Positions 18,543 to 30,209 of a stretch of DNA of 64,000 nt are shown here, one piece after another. This stretch comes from a plasmid, in the sequence record AP029160.1, one strand, 5' to 3'. The notes below the pieces were generated by a model. The model made no database searches. It was not told the DNA's origin and worked only from the letters and a program-made list of their open reading frames with translations. Both the position numbers and the translations under genes were made by a program. Every line of letters begins with the position of its first letter. Positions within the stretch are counted from its first letter, which is position 1.

Positions 18543-21500
18543 TCACAGTTTATTTTTTACATGCTTTGATATTTTGTCCAAGTTTAATTTTCCTTCTTTT
18601 TTAGTGAACTCGAAGCGACCAAATAAATTGATGTGCTGCCAAGCTACAGGAGACATGGATTTTATTATATCTTCATTCCATTTTCCGTGTGCCATTAAAT
18701 TTGAAAATATAGATTCATTATAATAAATAATACAAAGCGTAATAAAACGAGCACAAGCATCCCAGACTTGCTGTTCTTCTTCTGTTTTAAATTTTAATTT
18801 ACCAAAATTTGCATACCCAACCGCTCGCTTTAATTGATGATAGCTTTCAACTCTGTTTAAAGCTTTTTGTACACCTTGTCTGAGTTCTGACGAATCTAAA
18901 TAGTCAAGCAAATAGATGCTTTTTAGAATACGATTATATTCCCATAAAGCATTTTTTGTTTTACTTTTATGAGTATGCGAGCTTATCTTTGCTGTTATTA
19001 TGCTCTGTGTAGTTTTTTTTATGCCAAGAGAATCATAATTTTTTGAATATTTTCCCATTCTTCAATTATAATTCTTGTATTAAATCTCTTTTTTGGTCTT
19101 AAATTTAAATGACTATAATCGCTTATATTTTTAAAAGACCCTATGGAATCAGTAAAAACATCATAAAAATCTTTATATCGGGGAGCGAATTGGTACCCAA
19201 ATGTATACAAAATTGCAAAATTTACATCATTAGTTCCATGTGTATCTGTTGAAAAAACTTCAGGATGAACGTCGCTTTTATTGCTAGATATTATATCATA
19301 AACATGATGGCTTTCATGATCATTTGCGCTAATTATTTTTGAATTAGTAGGAAGGATATTACCAACCATTGAATATGAAACAATACCTTTTTTTCGACCA
19401 AAATATTTAGGTGAATGTCTTGCATTAATAGTTGATACTTTTACCTCAAACTTTTGACCATCTCCAGCAAAATGAGCTAGCGAATTAATATGATACTTAG
19501 AAAAAATTGGTGATTTATAAATTTCGTTTGTGATTTTATCACAAGCATCTTTCACTGTTTCTAAGCGAATAAAGTTTTTTAAAGATGAGTATAAATTATT
19601 GTAAGAAAGATCTGAAACATCAGAAATTTTTTTAATACCCATATTAGTAGCTATAGCAATAATACAAGCAGTTATTGATTTTATATCTGCTTCTTCCTTT
19701 GTAAATCGACATAAAATATGCTCGAAACAGTCCATAATATTTGCGTTTTTTATGGCAAAATATATAACATCAATAAGATCTATTTGCTCCAATGACTCAA
19801 ATAAGTATTGGTTTACATCCTCAGATGATGAAGGAGTTTTTACATTCCATCTTGATTTTTTTAATGTTTTATTTTGTTCAAAATATATATTTTCACCTTT
19901 TTCAATTTTATTGTTTACCGTTATTAATTTTTTTTCGTATATTTCTTTTAGTTCATTTAGATGCTTTTCTGGTTTTTTATTGAAATTCTTTAGACCTAAT
20001 TCATGTATAAAATTATCTTTATTTTCCCATTCTTTATTTGTAACTAATTCACTTGCTAGGCTTTTATATTTTACACTATCCGAACAGTAAATAGAACCTG
20101 ATTCTAAATTTTCACAAATAAGCATATAGATCAAATATTCACATCGATCATAGCTGACTTTATTGTCATTAATTATATATTTTAAAAATTTTTTCGGTAT
20201 AAAATTTTCCTTAAATTCAAATATATTATTTTTATCTAAGTTCTTTTTTGATATGTGATTTTTTAATATATTCAACGCTTCTATCAATTTTGAGTTTTTA
20301 GATAAAAATTCAAAATCTATATTCATAATAATTGGTCTTAAATTTTTTTTAATTTTTTGATTTATTATTTCTATATATTCCCATTCAAATTCACTTTTAT
20401 CAAAACTTGCTTTATTTTCAATATAATCAGCAACAACTGCTAAAAGATTTTCCCTCAATAACGTAAAGGCTCTACCTTTTGTTTTTAAAAAAGTTTCGCT
20501 TTCAGGTATTTTTTTATCTAAAAATATTTTTAATATTTTACCTGCTTTAGGTACGTATTCATTCCCTTCTATCTTGTATTCTAGTATCTTTTCATCTGCA
20601 TAAAGCTTATATTCCGCTTCAAATAAATTTAAATTATACTTTAAAGCATTAATCATGTTATCATTATATTTATGAAATCTATGAAATAAAAAACAAATTA
20701 TATATAATCTTACAATTTTTATATCTCGAATATTTAATCTATATACAGAGTAAAATTCAACTAAAGAAGCATAATATTTTATACTTTCATTTGAAATCAT
20801 AAGTCTTGGAATTAAATTTTTTATTTTTATATAAAATTTTCTTATTTTACTACCTCTTATTATTTCTTCTTTTATTTCACCATATTTGAAATCTTTTGGG
20901 CTATGTTTTAGTGATGTAATTTCATATGTTTTATCTTGTTTTAGTTGTATTAATTTATTTAACTCATTTGAAAATCCAATATCTATATTTTCTTCAATAA
21001 TATTTATCAATCTTGATTCTTCTGAAAGCAATATTTTGCTTATAAAATCTTGCATGTATGAATATCTTGGAATAATAATTTTATTTTCATCCAAGAAATT
21101 AAAAAGTTCTCGAAAAATGTATTTTTGTTTTGCACTTATTTTAACTAGATTTAGTGCCTTTTCCTCTAATATTTCTAAATCTTTTTTATCAAAGTATTTA
21201 TACTTGAAAATATCTAATATTGTTTTTTTATTTTCAGTTGATGTTATTTTACTTACATCTTGTATTTTTTTTATACTTAAAATACTATTCTTAAAATGTT
21301 TCTCAACAATAAATTTAATATCTTCTTCAACTTCATTTAATTTAAAAGAAAAAAATCTATATTTAAATTTGAAATATCCCAATTGTAAAATAAAATTAAT
21401 TTTTGAATTTAAAATTCTGAGTTTATTTAAAGCAATATTTTCCTTGTGTGATAAATCAAAATAGATTTCTCTTTCTTCATCTGAAAATAGTGGTCTTTCA

Positions 21501-21595
21501 TAAATTAATTTAATTTCATCAGGTTTAAGAATAGTGAGTCGATTTGAATGGTGCTCACTTTCTTCTTTGTATTCATCATCAATTTCCAAAAGCAA
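18543..21595 (-). pseudogene. tnpA: Tn3-family transposase TnpA, split by a frameshift (858 aa + 171 aa ORFs overlapping at 19019-19058)
   Basis: The C-terminal ORF carries the Tn3 DDE C-terminal signature (RVESYHQLKRAV...INLFGRFEF). The two ORFs are contiguous, total ~1030 aa. Confidence 0.7.
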
Positions 21596-21609
21596 ATTCC
21601 TTATTTATT

Positions 21610-21715
21610 TTCTTAAAAAGTGTACTTTATGAGACATGCCCATTGACGTGTCTCAATAAATGTCTCAAAATACAGTTCTCATAAAGTCAAAGACATTTCG
21701 AGACATATTGGGGGC
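21610..21715. promoter_or_regulatory. res site between divergent tnpA and tnpR
   Basis: Multiple TGAGACA / TGTCTCA inverted half-sites (tgagacatgcccattgacgtgtctca ...). Confidence 0.5.
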
Positions 21716-21719
21716 AAAA

Positions 21720-22274
21720 ATGAGCATGATTGGTTATGCAAGGGTAAGCTCCACAGGACAAAGTTTAGATATACAAATGGAAAAGCTAAAAAGTTGTCAT
21801 AAAATTTTTAAGGAAAAAATAAGTGCTTCTTCTACAAAACGGGAAAAACTTGAAGCCTGCCTTGAATATCTTAGAGAAGGAGACACTCTCGTTGTTACTA
21901 AGATTGATAGACTTGCTCGTTCGACATGGCATTTATGCCAAATTACGAATGAGTTAGTGCGAAAAAAGGTTAATCTCCAAGTTCTTGATCAAAATATTAA
22001 TACAAATGACTCTTCTGGACGCTTGCTTTTTAATATGCTTGGTGCAATTGCTCAGTTTGAAACTGAGATTCGTTTGGAAAGGCAGATCGATGGAATCAAT
22101 AGGGCAAAAAAAAATGGCGTGCATTTTGGCAGACAAAAAAAATTAAATCCAAAAATAATTTTAGAACTTCAAAGTAAAAGAATTCAGATGATAAAAATTA
22201 AAGACTTAATGAAAGAATATGGATTGTCAAAAGCTAGTATTTATCGATATCTTTCTATTGACTTAAATAATTAA
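21720..22274 (+). CDS. tnpR: serine recombinase/resolvase TnpR
   Basis: MSMIGYARVSSTGQ N-terminus (catalytic Ser motif). GGGGG RBS. Confidence 0.8.
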   Translation: MSMIGYARVSSTGQSLDIQMEKLKSCHKIFKEKISASSTKREKLEACLEYLREGDTLVVTKIDRLARSTWHLCQITNELVRKKVNLQVLDQNINTNDSSGRLLFNMLGAIAQFETEIRLERQIDGINRAKKNGVHFGRQKKLNPKIILELQSKRIQMIKIKDLMKEYGLSKASIYRYLSIDLNN

Positions 22275-22366
22275 AGATTTAGGTTTTTCAATTTATTTAT
22301 TAAAGATACTTTAGTTTTTTAATTAAATTAAAGAAACATTAAAATTAACCTAAAGAGGAATAGCTT

Positions 22367-22658
22367 ATGCCTGAAATTAAATATAGAGAGACTACGCTGG
22401 AAGATTCCGATCAAACGGCATTAATAATGAAAGAAAACTGGGGTGGTGAACCTCTAATAGTCAGGACTAGAAGTTATTTCCCTAGTAAATTAAACGGTAT
22501 TATTGCTCAATCAGGTGAAAAATGGATCGGATTTTTATTTTACGATATTCGAGGGGATGATTGTGAAATTATTGTCTTTGAAGTTTTCGAAAAGTTTAAG
22601 GGAATAGGAACAAAAATCTTAGAACAACTTATAACAATTGCTCAAAATAAACTCTGCA
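22367..22658 (+). pseudogene. GNAT N-acetyltransferase, N-terminal half (interrupted by IS6 copy A)
   Basis: GNAT beta-strand pattern ...CEIIVFEVFEKFKGIGTKILEQLI. The ORF runs into the IS. The C-terminal half lies at 49503..49698 on the other strand. Confidence 0.7.
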
Positions 22659-23478
22659 GGTTCTGTTGCAAAAAATATATAAGTGAGAGTGGAGTAACTT
22701 TTTTTTGGAGTTGTTTGAGGGGAGTGGCGATGGATTTCAAGTGGAAGCATACTGATCGTATGATTATCATAATGGCAATCCGTTGGTATGTAGGCTACTC
22801 CCTAAGTTATAGGCAAGTAGAAGAACTTTTAGCAGAGCGTGGTATTTTTGTAGATCACACGACCATTCATCGTTGGATTGTGGAATACAGTCCAAAATTA
22901 CTTAAGAAGTTTTATAAGCTTAGAAAGCGTATCTGTGGAAGTTGGCGAATGGATGAGACTTACATCAAAGTAAAAGGTGAATGGTGTTATCTCTATAGAG
23001 CCGTGGATAAGCATGGTCAAACGATTGATATTTACCTTTCAAAACGAAGAGATACAACAAGTGCCAAACGTTTTTTCCAAAAATGCTTTCGTTCTTCTGG
23101 AATCCCAGAAAAGGTAAATATTGATAAAAGTGGCTCTAATACGGCAGCATTAAAGGCTATCAACAAAGATCTTAAATCTGAAGATAAAGTTCTAATAAGA
23201 CAAAATAAATATTTAAATAACCTTGTAGAGCAAGACCATCGATTTATAAAAAAGAAAGTAAAGCCTATGCTTGGTTTCTTCTCATTGAAATCGGCGAGAG
23301 CTACTTTAGCAGGTATTGAACTCCATCATATGCTCAGAAAAGGGCAATTCAAATTTAAAAGTCATTTGCCTATTTGGGAGCAATTTTGCTCCCTCGCTGG
23401 ATAATTGCACCTACAGAGGACATTCTTGAAAAGTAACAACCCAATGTTTCGTGGCTTCTAATTATTTGCAACAGAACC
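22659..23478 (+). mobile_element. IS6-family (IS26-like) insertion sequence, copy A, 820 bp
   Basis: 14-bp inverted repeat GGTTCTGTTGCAAA at both ends. 8-bp left flank ACTCTGCA. Confidence 0.9.
22730..23404 (+). CDS. IS6-family DDE transposase
   Basis: MDFKWKHTDRMIIIMAIRWY...DETYIKVKGEW.YLYRAVD. Resembles the IS26 Tnp. Confidence 0.85.
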   Translation: MDFKWKHTDRMIIIMAIRWYVGYSLSYRQVEELLAERGIFVDHTTIHRWIVEYSPKLLKKFYKLRKRICGSWRMDETYIKVKGEWCYLYRAVDKHGQTIDIYLSKRRDTTSAKRFFQKCFRSSGIPEKVNIDKSGSNTAALKAINKDLKSEDKVLIRQNKYLNNLVEQDHRFIKKKVKPMLGFFSLKSARATLAGIELHHMLRKGQFKFKSHLPIWEQFCSLAG

Positions 23479-23660
23479 CTAGGGACACCCCTAATAGGGA
23501 TGCCCTTTTTTTTGAGATCGGAATATTACACAAAAACACACGATATATCATATTAATATTATTAAATAATTAAATTTATTTATACTTATTTTAAATTTTT
23601 ATATTTAAATAAAATTTTATTCCGATAGGAAAATGTTCTTATAAAAAAGGAGACTCTCAT

Positions 23661-24428
23661 ATGTCTAAAAGGATAATCTTATTTACTTTTCTTTCTTTTA
23701 TCGTTTTTAGCTGCTCAAAAGGTGAAGGTGGAAGCATTGATAAAAATTCGTCAGATGCAACGGCTAATAACGATCTTTGTAAAATTCATTCAACAGCAAT
23801 AAATTCTAACGAAAAAATATCATATCAATACAATGCAATTAATTCACAATGGGAACTACTTCCAAGCTATCAAATTACACCTGATACAACACAAGTAAGT
23901 GGCACACCAATTCAATTAAGTCCAAACTCTCCAGAAATGATTATTAGTGGAAATGTTGGGCAAATTCCAAATGTCAACAATTTTATATCTTATACTTTAA
24001 GTAATAGTAATTTTGTTTATTTAACTAAATTACCTTCAATACCAACTGATAAAAGTATCGTTCAAGTAAATACAAACTCTAATTACATAGCAACAATAGA
24101 TTCAACATTATTTGGTGGTAATTTAGCTGACCTTAAAGGAAATGCTGGTAATTTATTTATCCATCATAGTGTAATAACTTCTCCACTCTATTTCATATAT
24201 GATCAAGCTTCACAGTCTTGGAGCCTTGTAAATAGTGTTTTAAATTTAATGGCAGGAAGTATTGCTCAATTGAATGGGCAATTACCAAGTGGAAACTTTA
24301 GTGCAATTAATTTTAGTTTATCTGCATATAGCTTTGTAACACCAGTGTATTTACCTAAAAATCCAATTGATAAAATGAAAATTAATATAATTAATAATAC
24401 GAATCAAAATGCGAATATTTGTTACTAA
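23661..24428 (+). CDS. lipoprotein (255 aa)
   Basis: Lipobox FSC after the signal peptide. Ser/Asn/Thr-rich. Confidence 0.55.
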   Translation: MSKRIILFTFLSFIVFSCSKGEGGSIDKNSSDATANNDLCKIHSTAINSNEKISYQYNAINSQWELLPSYQITPDTTQVSGTPIQLSPNSPEMIISGNVGQIPNVNNFISYTLSNSNFVYLTKLPSIPTDKSIVQVNTNSNYIATIDSTLFGGNLADLKGNAGNLFIHHSVITSPLYFIYDQASQSWSLVNSVLNLMAGSIAQLNGQLPSGNFSAINFSLSAYSFVTPVYLPKNPIDKMKINIINNTNQNANICY

Positions 24429-24504
24429 ATTACAAATAAATTTTTGCAAATAATTAAGAGTTACGAATCAGAGGTGTGTTACTTTTCAATTAGGTTCCAT
24501 TTAG

Positions 24505-25324
24505 GGTTCTGTTGCAAAAAATATATAAGTGAGAGTGGAGTAACTTTTTTTTGGAGTTGTTTGAGGGGAGTGGCGATGGATTTCAAGTGGAAGCATACTG
24601 ATCGTATGATTATCATAATGGCAATCCGTTGGTATGTAGGCTACTCCCTAAGTTATAGGCAAGTAGAAGAACTTTTAGCAGAGCGTGGTATTTTTGTAGA
24701 TCACACGACCATTCATCGTTGGATTGTGGAATACAGTCCAAAATTACTTAAGAAGTTTTATAAGCTTAGAAAGCGTATTTGTGGAAGTTGGCGAATGGAT
24801 GAGACTTACATCAAAGTAAAAGGTGAATGGTGTTATCTCTATAGAGCCGTGGATAAGCATGGTCAAACGATTGATATTTATCTATCAAAACGAAGAGATA
24901 CAACGAATGCCAAACGTTTTTTCCAAAAATGCTTTCGTACTTCTGGAATCCCAGAAAAGGTAAATATTGATAAAAGTGGCTCTAATACGGCAGCATTAAA
25001 GGCTATCAACAAAGATCTTAAATCTGAAGATAAGATCTTAATAAGACAAAATAAATATTTAAATAACCTTGTGGAACAAGACCATCGATTTATAAAAAAG
25101 AAAGTGAAGCCTATGCTTGGTTTCTTCTCATTGAAATCGGCGAGAGCTACTTTAGCAGGTATTGAACTCCATCATATGCTCAGAAAAGGGCAATTCAAAT
25201 TTAAAAGTCATTTGCCTATTTGGGAGCAATTTTGCTCCCTCGCTGGATAATTGCACCTACAGAGGACATTCTTGAAAAGTAACAACCCAATGTTTCGTGG
25301 CTTCTAATTATTTGCAACAGAACC
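24505..25324 (+). mobile_element. IS6-family IS, copy B, 820 bp
   Basis: Same inverted repeats as copy A. Confidence 0.9.
24576..25250 (+). CDS. IS6-family DDE transposase
   Basis: Identical family to 22730..23404. Confidence 0.85.
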   Translation: MDFKWKHTDRMIIIMAIRWYVGYSLSYRQVEELLAERGIFVDHTTIHRWIVEYSPKLLKKFYKLRKRICGSWRMDETYIKVKGEWCYLYRAVDKHGQTIDIYLSKRRDTTNAKRFFQKCFRTSGIPEKVNIDKSGSNTAALKAINKDLKSEDKILIRQNKYLNNLVEQDHRFIKKKVKPMLGFFSLKSARATLAGIELHHMLRKGQFKFKSHLPIWEQFCSLAG

Positions 25325-26123
25325 CACTTATAAACCTAAAGATAAGGCCAAAGTAGAAGTCGGGGTACAAGTAGCACAACGCTGGATCCTTGCTAAACTC
25401 AGAAAACAATTATTTTACTCAATTCAAGACATTAATGAAGCCATCTCTCCATTACTTGAAGCTTTAAATCATAAAAAGATGAAACACTTAAATGTTTCTA
25501 GATATGAATTGTATGAGCAATATGAAAAAAACCAACTCAAACCCCTACCTAAAGAACACTTCGAATTATATGAGTGGCGAAAAGCAAAAGTAAATATAGA
25601 TTACCATGTCCAATTTGAGTGTAATTATTACAGCGTTCCTTGTCATTATGTACATAAAAATGTTGAAATACGAATAACAACTAATACAATTGAAATATAT
25701 TTATCTAATAAAATGATTGCCGTTCATAAAAGACTTTTTTTAGTTGGCAAATATTCAACATACAAAGAGCACATGCCTCAGTCTCATCAGAAACATGTTG
25801 AGTGGACTCCAGAAAGAATGTTGAAATGGGCCTCCAATATAGGAGTTTCAACAAAAACATGTTTTGAAATTATGATTTCCAGAACTCAACACCCAGAACA
25901 AGGATTTCGTTCTTGTCTAGGTATACTTCGCCTTGGCCAACAATATTCTAATCTAAGATTAGAAAACGCTTGTTTAAGAGCCCTAAATACCGACCAAGTG
26001 AGTTTCAAATCAGTGAAAAATATCTTAAAAAACAACTTAGATAAAATAATAATAACTGAAACAAAAAAGAATGTCATAAATATTGAACACGAAAATATAC
26101 GTGGTTCTGATTATTATAATTAA
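25325..26123 (+). pseudogene. istA: IS21-family IstA transposase, C-terminal fragment (5' end removed by IS6 copy B)
   Basis: The frame is open from the IS boundary (KPKDKAKVEVGVQVAQRWILAKLR...). The C-terminal region is IstA-like. Confidence 0.65.
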
Positions 26124-26149
26124 TGTAATTAAAAAAAAGGATAAATAGC

Positions 26150-26907
26150 ATGTTGAATGCACAGATTATAGAGCAATTAAAAAAATTAAATTTAAATATG
26201 TTTATGCAAGAATTAGAAGAGCAAGAAAAAAATAATGGCTATAAAGTTCTTTTTCTGATAGATTATCACTTCTGCTACAAAGAGAAATCCTTGAAAGAGA
26301 AAATAAAAATATTAAGCGAAAAATAACAAATGCAAAATTAAAGCAAAAAGCAAGTCTAGAAAATATTAAAACCAGCCTGGAACGTGGATTAGATAAAACA
26401 GCTTTACAATCACTAAGTACCTGTGAATGGTTAAAAAGAAAACAGAATATCATAATTACAGGAGCAACAGGTGTAGGAAAAAGTTTTTTAGCTTCAGCAT
26501 TAGCAGAAAAAGCATGCAGATCTGGATTTCAAGCTAGATATTTTCGCTATCAAAGTCTTTTATCTGAGCTTACGTTTTCAGTTGCTGATGGTTCATTTAA
26601 AAACTACTTACTAAAACTAGAAAAATTAAATTTAATCGTAATTGATGATTGGGCTTTGCATTCTATAACAGAAATAGAACAAAAATATTTATTCGAACTG
26701 ATTGAAGCTAGAAGTGAAAATTCTTCTACAATTTTTGTCAGCCAAACACCAATAGCAAGTTGGCATTCTCTCATGCCTAATTCTACCATTGCAGACGCTA
26801 TTCTGGATAGAATTGTTCACACTGCGATAAGAATTGAACTCAAGGGGGAATCCATGCGGAAAAAATCAGATCATAAAATTGACGAGGAGACTGCGATTAT
26901 GAAATAG
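26150..26907 (+). pseudogene. istB: IS21-family IstB ATPase, frameshifted
   Basis: The N-terminus MLNAQIIEQLKKLNL and the Walker A ITGATGVGKSFLASALA plus VIDDW are in different frames. Confidence 0.6.
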
Positions 26908-27445
26908 AATCTTTGAGCAGAATCATAGCCTCTACGGATGCCGCTTTCAATCGGAAACCCGTACCGAATTCGATTGGAATTCACCACCGCTTTCAGCGGA
27001 ATATGCAATAATAACTAAAAATAATAAACTATACCTAGGAGAAAGTAAATATCATCATGATAGATACTATTATCAGGATGATGTTTTAAATAAAAGCTAT
27101 TACATAAATGATCATTCATATTTTAAATCAGAGAATTTTTTTATTGATAAAGAAAATGAAAAAATAACACTAAAATATAAATATACCTCACCTGTTTGGA
27201 TTGAAGAAAATAAAGTAAATGATGTAATAATTCATAATATAGAAAGAAATAAAAAAATGGCTTTTTTTATAAATAACTTATTTAATTAATTTTTAGTTTA
27301 ATCTTATTTAAATACGCATTCTCAACTCTTAAATGGCATATATAGTTCATTGAAATTTCGAAATAAATAATTTAAATTTAAAAATATCTAGAAAAAGAAT
27401 GCACATTACTAATATTTTAAATATTCAAGTTTTACAATTAAGAAT

Positions 27446-28252
27446 TCATTTTAAAGTTTCAAGTATATGATTTCTAGCTTGCTTTTGTATTGTAAATGCA
27501 TCAAGAATTAAATTTGATGCCATATAACTTTCATATTTATTACTTTCAAAAAATAAATTAAATAGATTTAGAGAAGTATAATACTCCGTATTTACTTTAT
27601 TAAGTGATTTTGCTCTATACAATATATCTCTTCCTGTTTTTAGCGCCCTTTTGCAAAACCTATCCCATTTTAAGTTTGCATTATGAATTGCATATTCAAC
27701 TTCCTTAGATTCTAAATAGTTTTTTCCTATTTTATGATAAGGATACATTGGGGCCCAAGATGCTGAAGATCCCAAATGCATTGATGAAGGAGGATATCCG
27801 TTTGCATGCATAAATAAACTACAGCCCAAACATGATGCAAGTTTTGTAGTTTTCTTACCTACAGCAATTTCATATGGCTTTGATTCATTTCCTTGTGCTA
27901 AGCTAATATAAATTCCCTGAACCATGCCATGAGTATAACCAACTATATCAGTTTCTATATTACCATCTGAATAAACTACGGAAGCCATACCTTCGATGAG
28001 ATAATCTTTATCATTTAAATTTTTTATTGACAGGATTCCCCAAGGAAGATTGTCAGGATAATTTTTTCTTTTTTTTGGATTCCATCTTTCTCCTCTAGAA
28101 ATTTTATATTCTCTATACATATCACTTATGAAATAATAGTTATCCCTAGGAATAGTAGTCCTTATAGTCGATGAATAAGAAGTTCGACCATTTTTGTGCA
28201 GCACACAGCCAGTATAAGCACCAATACCTTGATATCCAAAACTTTCATCCAT
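27446..28252 (-). CDS. hypothetical protein (269 aa from internal Met MDESFGYQG)
   Basis: The ORF-track N-terminus comes from IS-derived sequence. The native start is probably 29 bp from the IS end. Confidence 0.4.
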   Translation of the reverse strand: MDESFGYQGIGAYTGCVLHKNGRTSYSSTIRTTIPRDNYYFISDMYREYKISRGERWNPKKRKNYPDNLPWGILSIKNLNDKDYLIEGMASVVYSDGNIETDIVGYTHGMVQGIYISLAQGNESKPYEIAVGKKTTKLASCLGCSLFMHANGYPPSSMHLGSSASWAPMYPYHKIGKNYLESKEVEYAIHNANLKWDRFCKRALKTGRDILYRAKSLNKVNTEYYTSLNLFNLFFESNKYESYMASNLILDAFTIQKQARNHILETLK

Positions 28253-28281
28253 AGCAATTTCAATTAAATCTCTAGAAGGTG

Positions 28282-29101
28282 GGTTCTGTTGCAAAAAATA
28301 TATAAGTGAGAGTAGAGTAACTTTTTTTTGGAGTTGTTTGAGGGGAGTGGCGATGGATTTCAAGTGGAAGCATACCGATCGTATGATTATCATAATGGCA
28401 ATCCGTTGGTATGTAAGCTACTCCCTAAGTTACAGGCAAGTAGAAGAACTCCTAGCAGAGCGTGGTATTTTTGTAGATCACACGACAATTCATCGTTGGA
28501 TTGTGGAATACGTTCCAAAATTACTTAAGAAGTTTTATAAGCTTAGAAAGCGTATCTGTGGAAGTTGGCGAATGGATGAGACTTACATCAAAGTAAAAGG
28601 TGAATGGTGTTATCTCTATAGAGCCGTGGATAAGCATGGTCAAACGATTGATATTTACCTTTCAAAACGAAGAGATACAACAAGTGCCAAACGTTTTTTC
28701 CAAAAATGCTTTCGTTCTTCTGGAATCCCAGAAAAGGTAAATATTGATAAAAGTGGCTCTAATACGGCAGCATTAAAGGCTATCAACAAAGATCTTAAAT
28801 CTGAAGATAAAGTTCTAATAAGACAAAATAAATATTTAAATAACCTTGTAGAGCAAGACCATCGATTTATAAAAAAGAAAGTAAAGCCTATGCTTGGTTT
28901 CTTCTCATTGAAATCGGCGAGAGCTACTTTAGCAGGTATTGAACTCCATCATATGCTCAGAAAAGGGCAATTCAAATTTAAAAGTCATTTGCCTATTTGG
29001 GAGCAATTTTGCTCCCTCGCTGGATAATTGCACCTACAGAGGACATTCTTGAAAAGTAACAACCCAATGTTTCGTGGCTTCTAATTATTTGCAACAGAAC
29101 C
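28282..29101 (+). mobile_element. IS6-family IS, copy C, 820 bp
   Basis: Inverted repeats GGTTCTGTTGCAAA. Confidence 0.9.
28353..29027 (+). CDS. IS6-family DDE transposase
   Basis: As above. Confidence 0.85.
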   Translation: MDFKWKHTDRMIIIMAIRWYVSYSLSYRQVEELLAERGIFVDHTTIHRWIVEYVPKLLKKFYKLRKRICGSWRMDETYIKVKGEWCYLYRAVDKHGQTIDIYLSKRRDTTSAKRFFQKCFRSSGIPEKVNIDKSGSNTAALKAINKDLKSEDKVLIRQNKYLNNLVEQDHRFIKKKVKPMLGFFSLKSARATLAGIELHHMLRKGQFKFKSHLPIWEQFCSLAG

Positions 29102-29167
29102 GTTATACTTAGTCCATTTATTTCAGGAACTATAGAACCATGGGAAAATATACAAATTTGTATAACA

Positions 29168-29794
29168 TTGCTGTGTTTAATGGAACAAAGCAGAATATTT
29201 GAGCCATGCTTTATAAGATATATTTCAAGTTTAGATAAGCCATATAGTTGTAGCGAAATAAGTCCAGAAAAGGCAATTCCTACATTACCAGTTTTATACA
29301 AGGATATAAATAGTCTTTTAAAAGAAATCCAAGCATTTCAAACAAAAAAAATTATGGATGATATGTCTGTACGATCCGCTTTTAGTTGGTTTCATCGATC
29401 ACTTAATGTCAATGATGACAACTTTAAATTTCTTTCAGCTTGGATTGCTTGCGAAACTATAACAAAATCTAAAGAAACTAATGTAAAAAAAATTGTAAGA
29501 TCTCTTCATGAACATTTAATAAATGATTCTAGTTTTTATCAATATAACAATGAAAAAGAAGCAAAAGAGTACCTTTTACTTGGTCGATTGCATGGCATTC
29601 GGGGCGCAATTACTCATACTGGAAATGAAAATATTATTAATAATCTCTTTATAACATATGTACAATTATTATTTGCTGAAATGGTCTTTGCTTATTATAA
29701 ATTACCACCAACGAAATTAATTTATTATTTTTTAAAGGATAATCGTTCAAATTTATGTTCACTTCTTCAGCAACATAAAGCGATTAAATGCTAA
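29168..29794 (+). CDS. hypothetical protein (208 aa)
   Basis: ORF track only. Confidence 0.35.
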   Translation: MLCLMEQSRIFEPCFIRYISSLDKPYSCSEISPEKAIPTLPVLYKDINSLLKEIQAFQTKKIMDDMSVRSAFSWFHRSLNVNDDNFKFLSAWIACETITKSKETNVKKIVRSLHEHLINDSSFYQYNNEKEAKEYLLLGRLHGIRGAITHTGNENIINNLFITYVQLLFAEMVFAYYKLPPTKLIYYFLKDNRSNLCSLLQQHKAIKC

Positions 29795-29843
29795 TGAAAA
29801 CTCTTAAATTGTATTATTCAATACTATAGCAGCATTCTCATAT

Positions 29844-30209
29844 TTAATCATTTCGAGAGAAAAAGGCAAAGAAGATCGGTACCTCACTTAGTCTAACCGA
29901 TTCTAGTCTCAAGGGCTTTGGGAATAGTCCAATTGTCTTTGGGAACTGACATACTGGTAATATAATTATTGCTAAAATAGCAATTAAAAGTGGGCATAGA
30001 TAAAAAGATGAATTATGAAGTTTCTCAATTTGACAAATTTTTTTATCAATATCTAAGCCAGAAAATATTATTAGAAAAAATTTCCAGTTAACAACTATAA
30101 AAAAAATAGAATAGTTAATAACTAATTTATTAGTAAGTCTTTCATCAATGATTTTTTTTGCAATATCTGTTAATTCAACTTTAGAATTTAACTCCATAGC
30201 TATCCTCAT
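29844..30209 (-). CDS. small membrane protein
   Basis: Two hydrophobic segments. Confidence 0.3.
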   Translation of the reverse strand: MRIAMELNSKVELTDIAKKIIDERLTNKLVINYSIFFIVVNWKFFLIIFSGLDIDKKICQIEKLHNSSFYLCPLLIAILAIIILPVCQFPKTIGLFPKPLRLESVRLSEVPIFFAFFSRND

